Notes: generated by a model from the sequence alone, not told the origin. Shown: positions 49,106 through 60,862, numbered from the stretch's first letter. The stretch is 64,000 bases of DNA from Erysipelotrichales bacterium (GCA_017532345.1 JAFXJJ010000005.1:2193-66192); one strand, 5' to 3'. Made by a program: numbers and translations.

Positions 49106-49131
49106 TAGCTTTTTCCTTTCATATTTAATAA

Positions 49132-49725
49132 TTATTCTACTCCTAATGCTTCCTTAACCATTTCCTTAGTTAGGTTAAATTCATTTATACGTGCTAAGCA
49201 TATAGTCCCAAAATCTAGTTCTCGATCAATTGAAAATAAATCTACACCATCTTCACTAGAAACATAGAAACAATGGGTTCTAGATATTTCAGGAAAATCT
49301 CTTATACTCTCTCTCAATTTCACTAAGACTTCGCTAACTTTACATTTTTCATAAAAATCAGGAGCATTATCATCTGGCATCGCATAACCTCTAATTCTCA
49401 CATTCATATTCTTTAATTCATCAACACTAATTGTTTTTTTTACTGAATGACAGTTTAGATAGTATTTATTGTAAATCTCTAAGATATTAGATTCTAACTC
49501 TTTATAGCTATCCTCTATATTATACTCTGGTGTTGTTCCCTGGAAAGAAAACATCAGCTTTTTATTTTCAGAATATACTGAGATTTTAGATTTGTATAAA
49601 CTATCTTTATATTTCTCACAGAATATACTTATTTTCTCAAAACATTCTTCCAATGTATACTCACATATTAATCTAACAAATATCTCCTGTACATCAGGAA
49701 CAAAATATACTATAACTTTACTCAT
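49132..49725 (-). CDS. hypothetical protein, paralog family A (copy 2)
   Basis: 197 aa, with clear similarity to 46407..47012 (see that entry). Confidence 0.7.
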   Translation of the reverse strand: MSKVIVYFVPDVQEIFVRLICEYTLEECFEKISIFCEKYKDSLYKSKISVYSENKKLMFSFQGTTPEYNIEDSYKELESNILEIYNKYYLNCHSVKKTISVDELKNMNVRIRGYAMPDDNAPDFYEKCKVSEVLVKLRESIRDFPEISRTHCFYVSSEDGVDLFSIDRELDFGTICLARINEFNLTKEMVKEALGVE

Positions 49726-49797
49726 AATTATCTCCTATCTAACAATATATAATTTACTATTCTTTCTTCTATCCATTAACTCATTATCTAAAGCATC

Positions 49798-50112
49798 TTA
49801 GAATGCTTCTGCTGTTATGCCGTTATCTGTTGTAGGATAATATTTAAAATAAAGATCCTCTAAGCTTACCAGTGTACCATCTTTCATTTTACAGAAGCAT
49901 CTTCGGATCGTGGATTCCTCTGTTCTACTCAAGTAACAATATCCATCACTTACTGGTCTTTTAATAATATCTAATTCTTCAAAAGGCTCTACATTAATGT
50001 GAAAGCTTACTAGTTCATTACTACTAGAGTAGATTGCCTTTTTATTCAACATATCAATCAGCTGCTGATAATTCTTACCTTCTAAATATAGAATTGCTTC
50101 TTTATTTTTCAT
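49798..50112 (-). CDS. hypothetical protein (first gene of the minus-strand arm)
   Basis: 104 aa with GGAGGAAGG RBS. Preceded by motif copy 1. Confidence 0.55.
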   Translation of the reverse strand: MKNKEAILYLEGKNYQQLIDMLNKKAIYSSSNELVSFHINVEPFEELDIIKRPVSDGYCYLSRTEESTIRRCFCKMKDGTLVSLEDLYFKYYPTTDNGITAEAF

Positions 50113-50158
50113 TACCCTTCCTCCTTATTGACACCCTTAGTATAACTAGTTATTCAGG

Positions 50159-50184
50159 TAATTAGGTCGATTACGAAGCGACAA
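50159..50184 (-). promoter_or_regulatory. conserved 26-nt motif, copy 1 (TTGTCGC-N8-CGACC-TAATTA)
   Basis: Minus strand reads TTGTCGCTTCGTAATCGACCTAATTA, about 45 nt upstream of the ATG at 50112. Confidence 0.65.
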
Positions 50185-50205
50185 GTATTAAATCATTATT
50201 ATTCA

Positions 50206-50231
50206 TTGTCGCTTTTACTACGACCCAATTA
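50206..50231 (+). promoter_or_regulatory. conserved 26-nt motif, copy 2
   Basis: TTGTCGCTTTTACTACGACCCAATTA, about 42 nt upstream of the ATG at 50274. Inverted relative to copy 1 within the divergent intergenic region. Confidence 0.65.
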
Positions 50232-50273
50232 GGATACTGAAGAAATAATATATATTTGTAAGGAGGACATTAC

Positions 50274-50621
50274 ATGTTGTTTTTTATAATTGAATTAGAT
50301 GAAGAAAGAATAAAGAAAGATGGTATTATTAATTTAGAGAAAGCCTATGAATGTATTGATGATACATTTTCCCAAAGAGATGTAACTTTATATCATAAGA
50401 AAGGATCAATTAGATTTTATACAAGGAATATTGACAAGCATGATTTTGAATATTTATGGATGGTTAACTCACCATTTAGAAATGTATCTTGGTTTCAATA
50501 TTATATTAAAACTTGGACGTTTATGGATGTTGATGATGAAACAGGCGTCGTATTCGAGGAAGAGAGTTTATTTCTTCATTGGGTAAAAAGACCAAAATCA
50601 CCATTTCCAAATAAAGAGTAA
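50274..50621 (+). CDS. hypothetical protein, paralog family B (copy 1)
   Basis: 115 aa. MLFFIIELDEERIKKDGIINLEKAYECIDDTFSQRDVTLYHKKGSIRFYTRNIDK... is near-identical to the N-terminal half of the next ORF. Confidence 0.7.
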   Translation: MLFFIIELDEERIKKDGIINLEKAYECIDDTFSQRDVTLYHKKGSIRFYTRNIDKHDFEYLWMVNSPFRNVSWFQYYIKTWTFMDVDDETGVVFEEESLFLHWVKRPKSPFPNKE

Positions 50622-50623
50622 AT

Positions 50624-50932
50624 ATGCTGTTTATTATGATTGAACTAGATGAAGAAAGAATAAAAAAAGACGGTATTATTAATTTAGACGGAGCTTATAA
50701 GTGTATTGATGATACATTTGCCCAAAGAGATGTAACTTTATATCATAAGAAAGGATCAATTAGATTTTATACTAGAAATATTGACAAAAATGACTATGCA
50801 TACCTTTGGAGTGTAAATTTGCTTTTTGAGAAAAAAGATTGGTTTTGCTACTATATAAAACAATGGAGATTTCTTGATATAGATGATAAAACAGGAGTAG
50901 TGTATACAGACGAAGATATACTGAAAGAATAG
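50624..50932 (+). CDS. hypothetical protein, paralog family B (copy 2, tandem)
   Basis: 102 aa, starting 2 nt after the copy 1 stop. MLFIMIELDEERIKKDGIINLDGAYKCIDDTFAQRDVTLYHKKGSIRFYTRNIDK... Confidence 0.7.
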   Translation: MLFIMIELDEERIKKDGIINLDGAYKCIDDTFAQRDVTLYHKKGSIRFYTRNIDKNDYAYLWSVNLLFEKKDWFCYYIKQWRFLDIDDKTGVVYTDEDILKE

Positions 50933-51009
50933 ATAGTTCGTCCTGAGAAGCCATAGTGCTTATCTTTTATTTGTGATATAATATTGTAAGTTAAACAAGG
51001 AGTGATTCT

Positions 51010-51873
51010 ATGCCTTTTATAATTATTAAAGATCAAGTGGAAGCTGGGAATGTAGATGGTATTGTATCAGAAAGAGTATCTAATTCCATGATGCCAGTTG
51101 GTAACTCTAGGTTTCAAGAAAATAAATATAGTGATTCACATCGTTATGAGTTACTTCTACTAACAAGACATAATGATACAACTAATGACGAAGAATTATA
51201 TACTTATTATCAAAAAATGCTGTTAGAAGCCAAAACACTTGAGTTAGAAAAGCTTTTAATATTTCCTCAAGCATATAGTGTTGAAATGGCTAAGAAAGCA
51301 ATAAAAGAGTTTCTACAAGATAATGAATTGATGATTTATATGGTATGTAGAGAGCCAATATCTGAAAAGCCTAAGAATGCTAATTTAGAATTATCTAAAT
51401 ATCTTGAACAACATTATTCACCACCTATCTATAGACCAATCTCTATAGACTATGGTCCAACTAACGCACCATGTATGACTCAAGCTTCTATACCAACAAA
51501 ATCTATTAGCTTAAGCGATGCTTTAAATCAAATGGATGAGAGCTTTAGTGAAATGCTACTACGATTTATTGATGAGAGTGGCATGAGTGATGCCGAGTGT
51601 TATAAAAAAGCAAATATTGACCGTAAATTATTCTCAAAAATTCGTGGGGATCGTTTCTATCGACCTAGCAAGATAACAGTGTTATCCTTTGCGATTGCTT
51701 TAGAGTTGTCATTAGATGAGACTAATGACATGTTGAAAAGTGCTGGCTATGCCTTATCCCATTCCAATAAGTTTGACGTGATTATAGAGTTCTTTATTAG
51801 TCAAGGAAACTATGATGTATATGAAATCAATGAAGCCTTATTTGAATATGATCAAGCATTATTAGGAGTATAA
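51010..51873 (+). CDS. degenerate macro-domain-like N-terminus fused to a C-terminal XRE-type HTH domain
   Basis: The C-terminus FSEMLLRFIDESGMSDAECYKKANIDRKLFSKIRGDRFYRPSKITVLSFAIALELSLDETNDMLKSAGYALSHSNKFDVII is the HTH module I recall on Firmicutes macro-domain proteins. The N-terminus MPFIIIKDQVEAGNVDGIVSE resembles the MPFxIIxxDIT..VDAIVNAAN macro start, but the Gly-rich ADP-ribose loop is not evident. Confidence 0.5.
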   Translation: MPFIIIKDQVEAGNVDGIVSERVSNSMMPVGNSRFQENKYSDSHRYELLLLTRHNDTTNDEELYTYYQKMLLEAKTLELEKLLIFPQAYSVEMAKKAIKEFLQDNELMIYMVCREPISEKPKNANLELSKYLEQHYSPPIYRPISIDYGPTNAPCMTQASIPTKSISLSDALNQMDESFSEMLLRFIDESGMSDAECYKKANIDRKLFSKIRGDRFYRPSKITVLSFAIALELSLDETNDMLKSAGYALSHSNKFDVIIEFFISQGNYDVYEINEALFEYDQALLGV

Positions 51874-51875
51874 TA

Positions 51876-51901
51876 TTGTCGCTTTCCTAACGACCTAAAT
51901 A
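51876..51901 (+). promoter_or_regulatory. conserved 26-nt motif, copy 3
   Basis: TTGTCGCTTTCCTAACGACCTAAATA, starting 3 nt after the stop of 51010..51873 and 140 nt upstream of 52042. Confidence 0.6.
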
Positions 51902-52041
51902 AGCCAAATACCTTCTATACTGTAATTGTGAGTTACAGATAGGAGGTATTTTTATTAACTGAGATAATCATTACTAATATTAATAAAGATATAAAAGATA
52001 AATGTAATTTAATATCAATTAAAGAAAAGAGGTAAAATAAT

Positions 52042-52668
52042 ATGGCTTATAAAAAAATTGGGACAATTACAGAAGTATTATATGAAGACAAAAGTGGATG
52101 GAAAATTCTTCGTAACAAGCATGGATATGCTTTATGGAAGGGAAAAGGACATCCACTAGTTCCTGAATTACTGGGATGCACGTTATCATTCTTTATGTGT
52201 AATCTTAATAACCATTGTTATGAAGAAGGAATTCTTAATTGTTTGAAGGTAGCCTTCAATCATTATGATGAATGGGTTTTTGATGAGATAATTAAAGGAG
52301 AAGAGGAACCCTTCTTTGAAAGATTTAATATAATATTCTTACTACAATCTAATCTATTTGGTGGAAACTGTAATACATATTATTTCTATGATAATGTTTA
52401 TAAATGTTATGGATTTGGTAACAAAGATGAATTAGTAAGTTGTTTTAGTTCAGGAGAAAAAGTAATGAATAAACGACCTTTAGAAAATGATAATGATGTC
52501 GTGTATTTAGAAAAAGAACTTACTACACTAACAGATTTCATCAAAGAAGTTGAATATTGTAAAAAGCTGATGGACTTGAAATTTAATAAATCTACGTATC
52601 ATTTTCAATATGATGTAGCATTAGAGTATTTATTGGCTATTGATAATAAAATTAATACCACAAATTAA
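52042..52668 (+). CDS. hypothetical protein, paralog family C (copy 1)
   Basis: 208 aa. EPFFERFNIIFLLQSNLFGGNCNTYYFYD matches EPFQERFEVLFISSAERFGGLEDFYFVYD in 52758..53318. Confidence 0.65.
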   Translation: MAYKKIGTITEVLYEDKSGWKILRNKHGYALWKGKGHPLVPELLGCTLSFFMCNLNNHCYEEGILNCLKVAFNHYDEWVFDEIIKGEEEPFFERFNIIFLLQSNLFGGNCNTYYFYDNVYKCYGFGNKDELVSCFSSGEKVMNKRPLENDNDVVYLEKELTTLTDFIKEVEYCKKLMDLKFNKSTYHFQYDVALEYLLAIDNKINTTN

Positions 52669-52671
52669 ATA

Positions 52672-52696
52672 TTGTCGCATCATGTGCGACCAATTA
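52672..52696 (+). promoter_or_regulatory. conserved motif, copy 4 (best palindrome)
   Basis: TTGTCGCATCATGTGCGACCAATTA, starting 4 nt after the stop of 52042..52668 and about 60 nt upstream of 52758. Confidence 0.6.
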
Positions 52697-52757
52697 ATCG
52701 TAAAAAAGAGTATAGTATAGATGTAAGATAAAAATAAAAGAAAGTTGAGGATAAAAG

Positions 52758-53318
52758 ATGGAAGAAATGGTAATAGAAGTAATATATGAAAATATGGCTG
52801 GGTTAAAGGTATACTACTTAGCAGAAGATAAATCATACGCAGCTATTAATGGTGATGAAGAGCTGGAAGCAAAAAACTTTGCCGTATGCTTCGATGATTT
52901 ATTAGATATTCTAAAAACAAACACTGAACTACCTGGAGGCAGATTAGCTCTAAGCTCTCTATCTAAAAAGCGTGAATATTATGTAAAACGTGAAATGGAA
53001 AAAGCAACTACTGAACCTTTCCAAGAAAGATTTGAAGTATTATTTATAAGCTCAGCAGAACGCTTTGGTGGATTAGAAGATTTCTACTTCGTATATGATA
53101 AGAAAGACCAAGGATACTTAATAAGAACATATCATGAACTAATGAATAAGTTTGAGAATAATGAAAGCTTTGATACATTATTAGAAGATATAGATGCCAT
53201 GATTGAAGATGCCAAGGAAAGAGATGGTATTGTAAAGAATCTAGCTACATCAGATACAAAGCATCGTCAATTCGAAATGGGTATTAAATACCTTGAATTA
53301 TTGAAGAATAGTAAGTAA
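52758..53318 (+). CDS. hypothetical protein, paralog family C (copy 2)
   Basis: 186 aa, similar to 52042..52668 (see above). Confidence 0.65.
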   Translation: MEEMVIEVIYENMAGLKVYYLAEDKSYAAINGDEELEAKNFAVCFDDLLDILKTNTELPGGRLALSSLSKKREYYVKREMEKATTEPFQERFEVLFISSAERFGGLEDFYFVYDKKDQGYLIRTYHELMNKFENNESFDTLLEDIDAMIEDAKERDGIVKNLATSDTKHRQFEMGIKYLELLKNSK

Positions 53319-53425
53319 TACTCATTTACTTATAAAGAATAATAGAACAAATAAACGTGTGTTTACTCCTAAAGATTAGATAATAATTTAGACACTCCAT
53401 TATATATTGGAAGTTCATTGGGCAA

Positions 53426-53466
53426 CAAAAAAGCATCAAATTCCTCCTTTGATGCTTTTTATTTTC
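53426..53466. terminator. bidirectional terminator closing the plus-strand arm
   Basis: AAAAAGCATCAAA-ttcctcc-TTTGATGCTTTTT. Confidence 0.8.
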
Positions 53467-53542
53467 TTATAAGAATAGGGTAATACTATATATTAATATT
53501 AATTAAGATAATTATAGTTTATTCAATGGTAGGTGGTCAGTT

Positions 53543-53944
53543 TTATTCAGCATAATATTGATAATATGCTTTTTCAATTTTTTCCTCATAATTAACTATA
53601 TTGTTAGATTTTGGTTCATGCTTATTTACAAAATAGAAGCCATCAATATATCCTTTTGTAAAAGCATCTTTAGTACTTTCAAATTCTGTATTATATTTCC
53701 GCCCCATATCATAATATTCCATGTATTCAGTGTTATTCTCACTACCATAACCTGAAAACCAATAAACCCAGCCTTTCTTGTATGCTAAATTGTATTCTTC
53801 TTGTTGCGAACTAAATATACCAATTTGATTAGAAATGGCAACACACTCTTGCCTTTTGCCCAGTAAATACCCTGTGAAAGCAGATACGAACATTAGCGTA
53901 ATTACTATCAATAGAGTTACAACTGAAGTTCTATTTCTTGTCAT
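53543..53944 (-). CDS. hypothetical single-pass membrane-anchored protein
   Basis: 133 aa. N-terminal TM segment SVVTLLIVITLMFVSAFTGYLL, followed by a Tyr-rich soluble domain. AAAGGAG RBS. Confidence 0.55.
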   Translation of the reverse strand: MTRNRTSVVTLLIVITLMFVSAFTGYLLGKRQECVAISNQIGIFSSQQEEYNLAYKKGWVYWFSGYGSENNTEYMEYYDMGRKYNTEFESTKDAFTKGYIDGFYFVNKHEPKSNNIVNYEEKIEKAYYQYYAE

Positions 53945-54414
53945 AATATTTCTCCTTTAATCAGCGCATTTTTTCACATAATGAGAAGCCTAATTTTTGC
54001 CCTATTCAATCTTGCTTCAGCTCCATTGCTAGCACAATTACAGCTAAAGTGAAATTTATCTCTTTCGATTCCTATAAATACGCCTTCTATCATTGTATAT
54101 TTTGTTACAAATGACATTTTCATTCAAAATAATTATATTTGTATTTAATGATTTATAAAAGTGTTTATTGAATATTATTGACAAAAATGGCAATTTTGTT
54201 CAATGAAATTTCATATTATGTTTTCAATACTCATTAAAACAAAAAGAAAAAGTACTAATCAAAATGACTAGTACTTTCAAAAACTATTATTATTCCCACT
54301 CAATAATTGAATTGTTATATTTCATTATATACTATAATAATTCATACTATCGGTTATCTAAATTATTCTATTTATTCATATTATTTAAAATTATTGACAC
54401 CAAATTGCCACCAA

Positions 54415-54452
54415 CATATAAAAAAGTTATTGCTAAGTGCAATAACTTTTAA
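54415..54452 (-). terminator. intrinsic terminator after the PTS/bgl operon
   Basis: AAAAGTTATTGC-5 nt-GCAATAACTTTT followed by a T run on the minus strand. Confidence 0.75.
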
Positions 54453-54457
54453 TTTAA

Positions 54458-54957
54458 CTATTTAATAATTGATTCTCCAACCTTAAATGAACCAAACTCT
54501 TTGAATTGAATAGTTTTACCATTTGGATTGGTGATAATGAGCATCGTAGACATATCATACTTTTCAGATAATAACTTTACATCTACTTCAACAATCGCTT
54601 CTCCTGCTTTTATAGAATCACCTTGTTTCTTTTTTAGAATTGTAAATCCTGTGCCATTACTTTCAACTGTATTAATACCACAATGAACTAAAACTTCAAC
54701 ACCATCATGCATTGTAATCCCAAAAGCATGTCCTGTAGGAAATAAAACATTTAATGTTCCATTTACAGGAGAATATAATGTAGCTTTATCACCGCTTAAT
54801 TTAAAAGCCACTCCATCTCCCATTACCTTTTGGGAGAATAATTCATCATTTACAGATGAAATATCAATCATTTCTCCATCAGTAATTGCAACAATATCTG
54901 AATTATGTACGTTTAAAGAAATTTCTTTCTTATTAAATAAACTATCAAATAACCCCA

Positions 54958-54958
<1 letters not shown>
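54458..54958 (-). CDS. PTS glucose-family EIIA component
   Basis: 166 aa. GHAFGITMHDGVEVLVHCGINTV contains the two conserved His residues. The start overlaps the GH1 stop (TAATG). Confidence 0.9.
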
Positions 54959-56481
<1,523 letters not shown>

Positions 56482-56767
56482 TCACTAGAAAAAACTATTA
56501 TTACCAATAGAATATATCTTATCTAATTGTATTTATTGTTACTTTTCTTTGATATTACATAAACAGCTTTAAAAAATTTTACTGTCTATACACTAATTAA
56601 ATCTATTCATCATAAATTATAACCTATTAAACAACATTATTTTCATTGATTACTATAAAAATTTGATTAAATGTTTATTTTCAAATAATTTAATAATAAT
56701 TCTACAGTCTTAATCTTAACAGGAGTTACTAATGAATAAACTGCTACTTTAACTTCTTCTCTAGTAA

Positions 56768-58390
<1,623 letters not shown>

Positions 58391-58438
58391 TTATAAATTC
58401 AATCAAATAAAACTACATAATTAATTTAAGTGATATAT

Positions 58439-59263
58439 TTATCTATACTGAACTCTATAAATATGTAACATTAAAAATGCCGTTTCTTCATCATTACATG
58501 TCCAATTCCACGTAGATTTTAAGTAAGAAACAATTTTTAATGCGCAATTATAAATGTTTGGATAATCTTTTGCCAATGATTTCAGCATCATTGAGTCTTT
58601 CTTTATAACTTCATTATCCGATAACTTTAATCTTTGAATAAGATAACGAATATGCATCGCAAATCGATTATAATTATAACTTGATGTATCCAATTTGATA
58701 CTTAATTGTTTTTCAATAATAGATGTAATTTGATCAGTAATTTTCAAGATTTGAATCAAATCTTTAATATCTCCATTTTCTGATTCCGCATTAATTAAAT
58801 GCATTGCAATCGTAACTGTTTCTGACTCTGGTAAGAAGATTCCAGTACATTCTGATAAAATATCCAATGCTTTTTTCGCAACAGCATATTCTCTAGCATA
58901 TAAATGTGCAATATCATATGCAATTGGTGTCGTAAGATCGACCCCTTTTTTTAATCTTTCAATCGCAAAGTGAATATGATCTGCTAAAGTAAATGGTAGA
59001 TTTGAATTTAATTCACAATCCAATTCAATTTCAGCAAATTCAACGATTTCACTACTTGCTAGCAAAATAGGTTGAGGTAATTCGTCAATTAAGCTAAAAT
59101 ACTTTGAATTTACATCATAAAACGTACGTTCAACTTTAGATAAATCTGTCAATTCATAAGGAACAGCAGGAAAACCAATACCTTTCCCAAGAACAACACA
59201 TTCTACACCATTCGAATCAATTGCAATTGCAGCTGACGTGTTAATTTTCTTTATGATTTCCAC
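58439..59263 (-). CDS. licT: BglG/LicT-family PRD-containing transcription antiterminator
   Basis: 274 aa with GTG start after AAGGAG. CAT RNA-binding domain (NTSAAIAIDSNGVECVVLGKGIGF) followed by two PRD-like regions. Confidence 0.85.
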   Translation of the reverse strand: MEIIKKINTSAAIAIDSNGVECVVLGKGIGFPAVPYELTDLSKVERTFYDVNSKYFSLIDELPQPILLASSEIVEFAEIELDCELNSNLPFTLADHIHFAIERLKKGVDLTTPIAYDIAHLYAREYAVAKKALDILSECTGIFLPESETVTIAMHLINAESENGDIKDLIQILKITDQITSIIEKQLSIKLDTSSYNYNRFAMHIRYLIQRLKLSDNEVIKKDSMMLKSLAKDYPNIYNCALKIVSYLKSTWNWTCNDEETAFLMLHIYRVQYR

Positions 59264-59279
59264 ATTACTTCTCCTTTAC

Positions 59280-59338
59280 AAAAAAAACTCCTCGTAGCAT
59301 ACTAAAAAACCTAGTTTCCAAGTAGCGCCTCGAGGAGT
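59280..59338 (-). terminator. leader terminator (probable antitermination target) upstream of licT
   Basis: Minus strand reads ACUCCUCG(59338-59331)...CGAGGAGU(59294-59287), with additional imperfect pairing inside, followed by U7-8. It lies between a TATAAT-like box near 59395 and the licT RBS. Confidence 0.6.
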
Positions 59339-59839
59339 ATCACCTTGATTAATTAATTGATTGATTTTAAGATATCGCCCACTTAAGGTAACGTTCTGTA
59401 ATTAATTATACAATAATTCTTACATATGTCAATTATTTCATTATTAAAATCAATTCAAAATTAGTTCATCTTTTATATATTTATCCTCGAATATATTTCA
59501 TTTAATTTTACTTATATTTATTAATAAGTAAGCACCCTAATAACTTTAGATATCTAAGATAATCATATCTACAATCATCTACTAAAAATATTAACCTTTT
59601 AAACACTAGAAATATATTACCAACAATTTAAAAATAATTTTCGAACTTAAAACTTATTATGGTAAGTCTATCCTTCTTTTCCATCATTCTATTTTGACTC
59701 AACTCAAATTTTTTAATATAATATTGTAAATAAATTTTATTAATTGCCATTCTATTCAATTCATAAATTAACTGAGTATTAAAAGTATACATTTTTAAAC
59801 AAAAGCAATAATAACCATTAAAGCACTAGGAGATCTGTC

Positions 59840-60784
59840 ATGGAAAAATTACGTATGCAAGAAATTTTAAATTTATATATCCAAAATACTAGTCACGCAG
59901 ATATTTTCGACATATTATCACCCCATAACATTTCTCTTGATGATTTCCATGATTATACCTTTAAAGTTCATCCTGGAGTCCAAGTTCATCTTGAAATTGA
60001 CACTATATCCTCTATCCGTCCACATCTCCATCGTTTTTATGAAGTAATCTTTGTTGTCCAAGGTGAAAATATACACTATATCCTTGATTCCCAACATTAT
60101 AAACTAAAGTCAGGAAGTATATTTTTTATACCACCTGAGCATATTCATCATCCATTATTAGACTCAACAAATACAACACCATATAAACGATATGTTATTT
60201 GGTTTGAAAGTAAATTTTTCCATCAAATCTGCGAATATTTACCTTCTGTAGGATACCTATTCAATGAATGTGAAAGAAAAAATGATTACGTATTGCAATG
60301 TTCTGATTCTGACTATATGGACCTTTTAACGTCATTACAAATTTTATGTAAAGAAAATAATCAAGATAAGTTTGGATGGAATGCCAAAATCGCTTTAGAT
60401 GCATTAGCACTTATGAATCAATTGGGTCAATCTTACTTCAATAATAGTTTAAAGATGAACACATCAACAAAGCCAACCAAATTTGATGAAGCTATCACAT
60501 TTATTAATCAACACATATGTGAACACATTACATTAGAAGATATAGCACAAGCATTATTTATAAGTAAATCTAGTTTGAGCCATTTATTTCAAAATAGTGT
60601 AGGTATTTCTGTATATCAATATATTCAACAAAAACGACTTTTAAAAGCAAAACTATTAATTTTAGAAGGAGAATCGATGGCAAACATTTGTGAACAATGT
60701 GGATTTGCTGATTATCCAACGTTCTATCGTGCTTTTAAGAAGAAATATGGAATGTCACCAAAAGAATATAAAAATACATTCTAA
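59840..60784 (+). CDS. AraC-family transcriptional regulator (cupin sensor + HTH)
   Basis: C-terminal dual HTH: LEDIAQALFISKSSLSHLFQ...GFADYPTFYRAFKKKYGMSPKEY. Confidence 0.9.
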   Translation: MEKLRMQEILNLYIQNTSHADIFDILSPHNISLDDFHDYTFKVHPGVQVHLEIDTISSIRPHLHRFYEVIFVVQGENIHYILDSQHYKLKSGSIFFIPPEHIHHPLLDSTNTTPYKRYVIWFESKFFHQICEYLPSVGYLFNECERKNDYVLQCSDSDYMDLLTSLQILCKENNQDKFGWNAKIALDALALMNQLGQSYFNNSLKMNTSTKPTKFDEAITFINQHICEHITLEDIAQALFISKSSLSHLFQNSVGISVYQYIQQKRLLKAKLLILEGESMANICEQCGFADYPTFYRAFKKKYGMSPKEYKNTF

Positions 60785-60862
60785 AAGAATCGAATTATGA
60801 AATAATATCAAAATTCTGTTCTTTTTTTATACTATCCAAAGATTAATTTATAATCCTATTTA

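Noticed and set aside
50159-52696. The repeated palindromic motif after gene ends resembled integron attC sites or gene cassettes.
   Set aside because: There is no intI integrase. The motif lacks the attC R''/R' core (RYYYAAC / GTTRRRY). It is only ~26 nt long, and two copies sit in a divergent promoter region rather than at cassette 3' ends.
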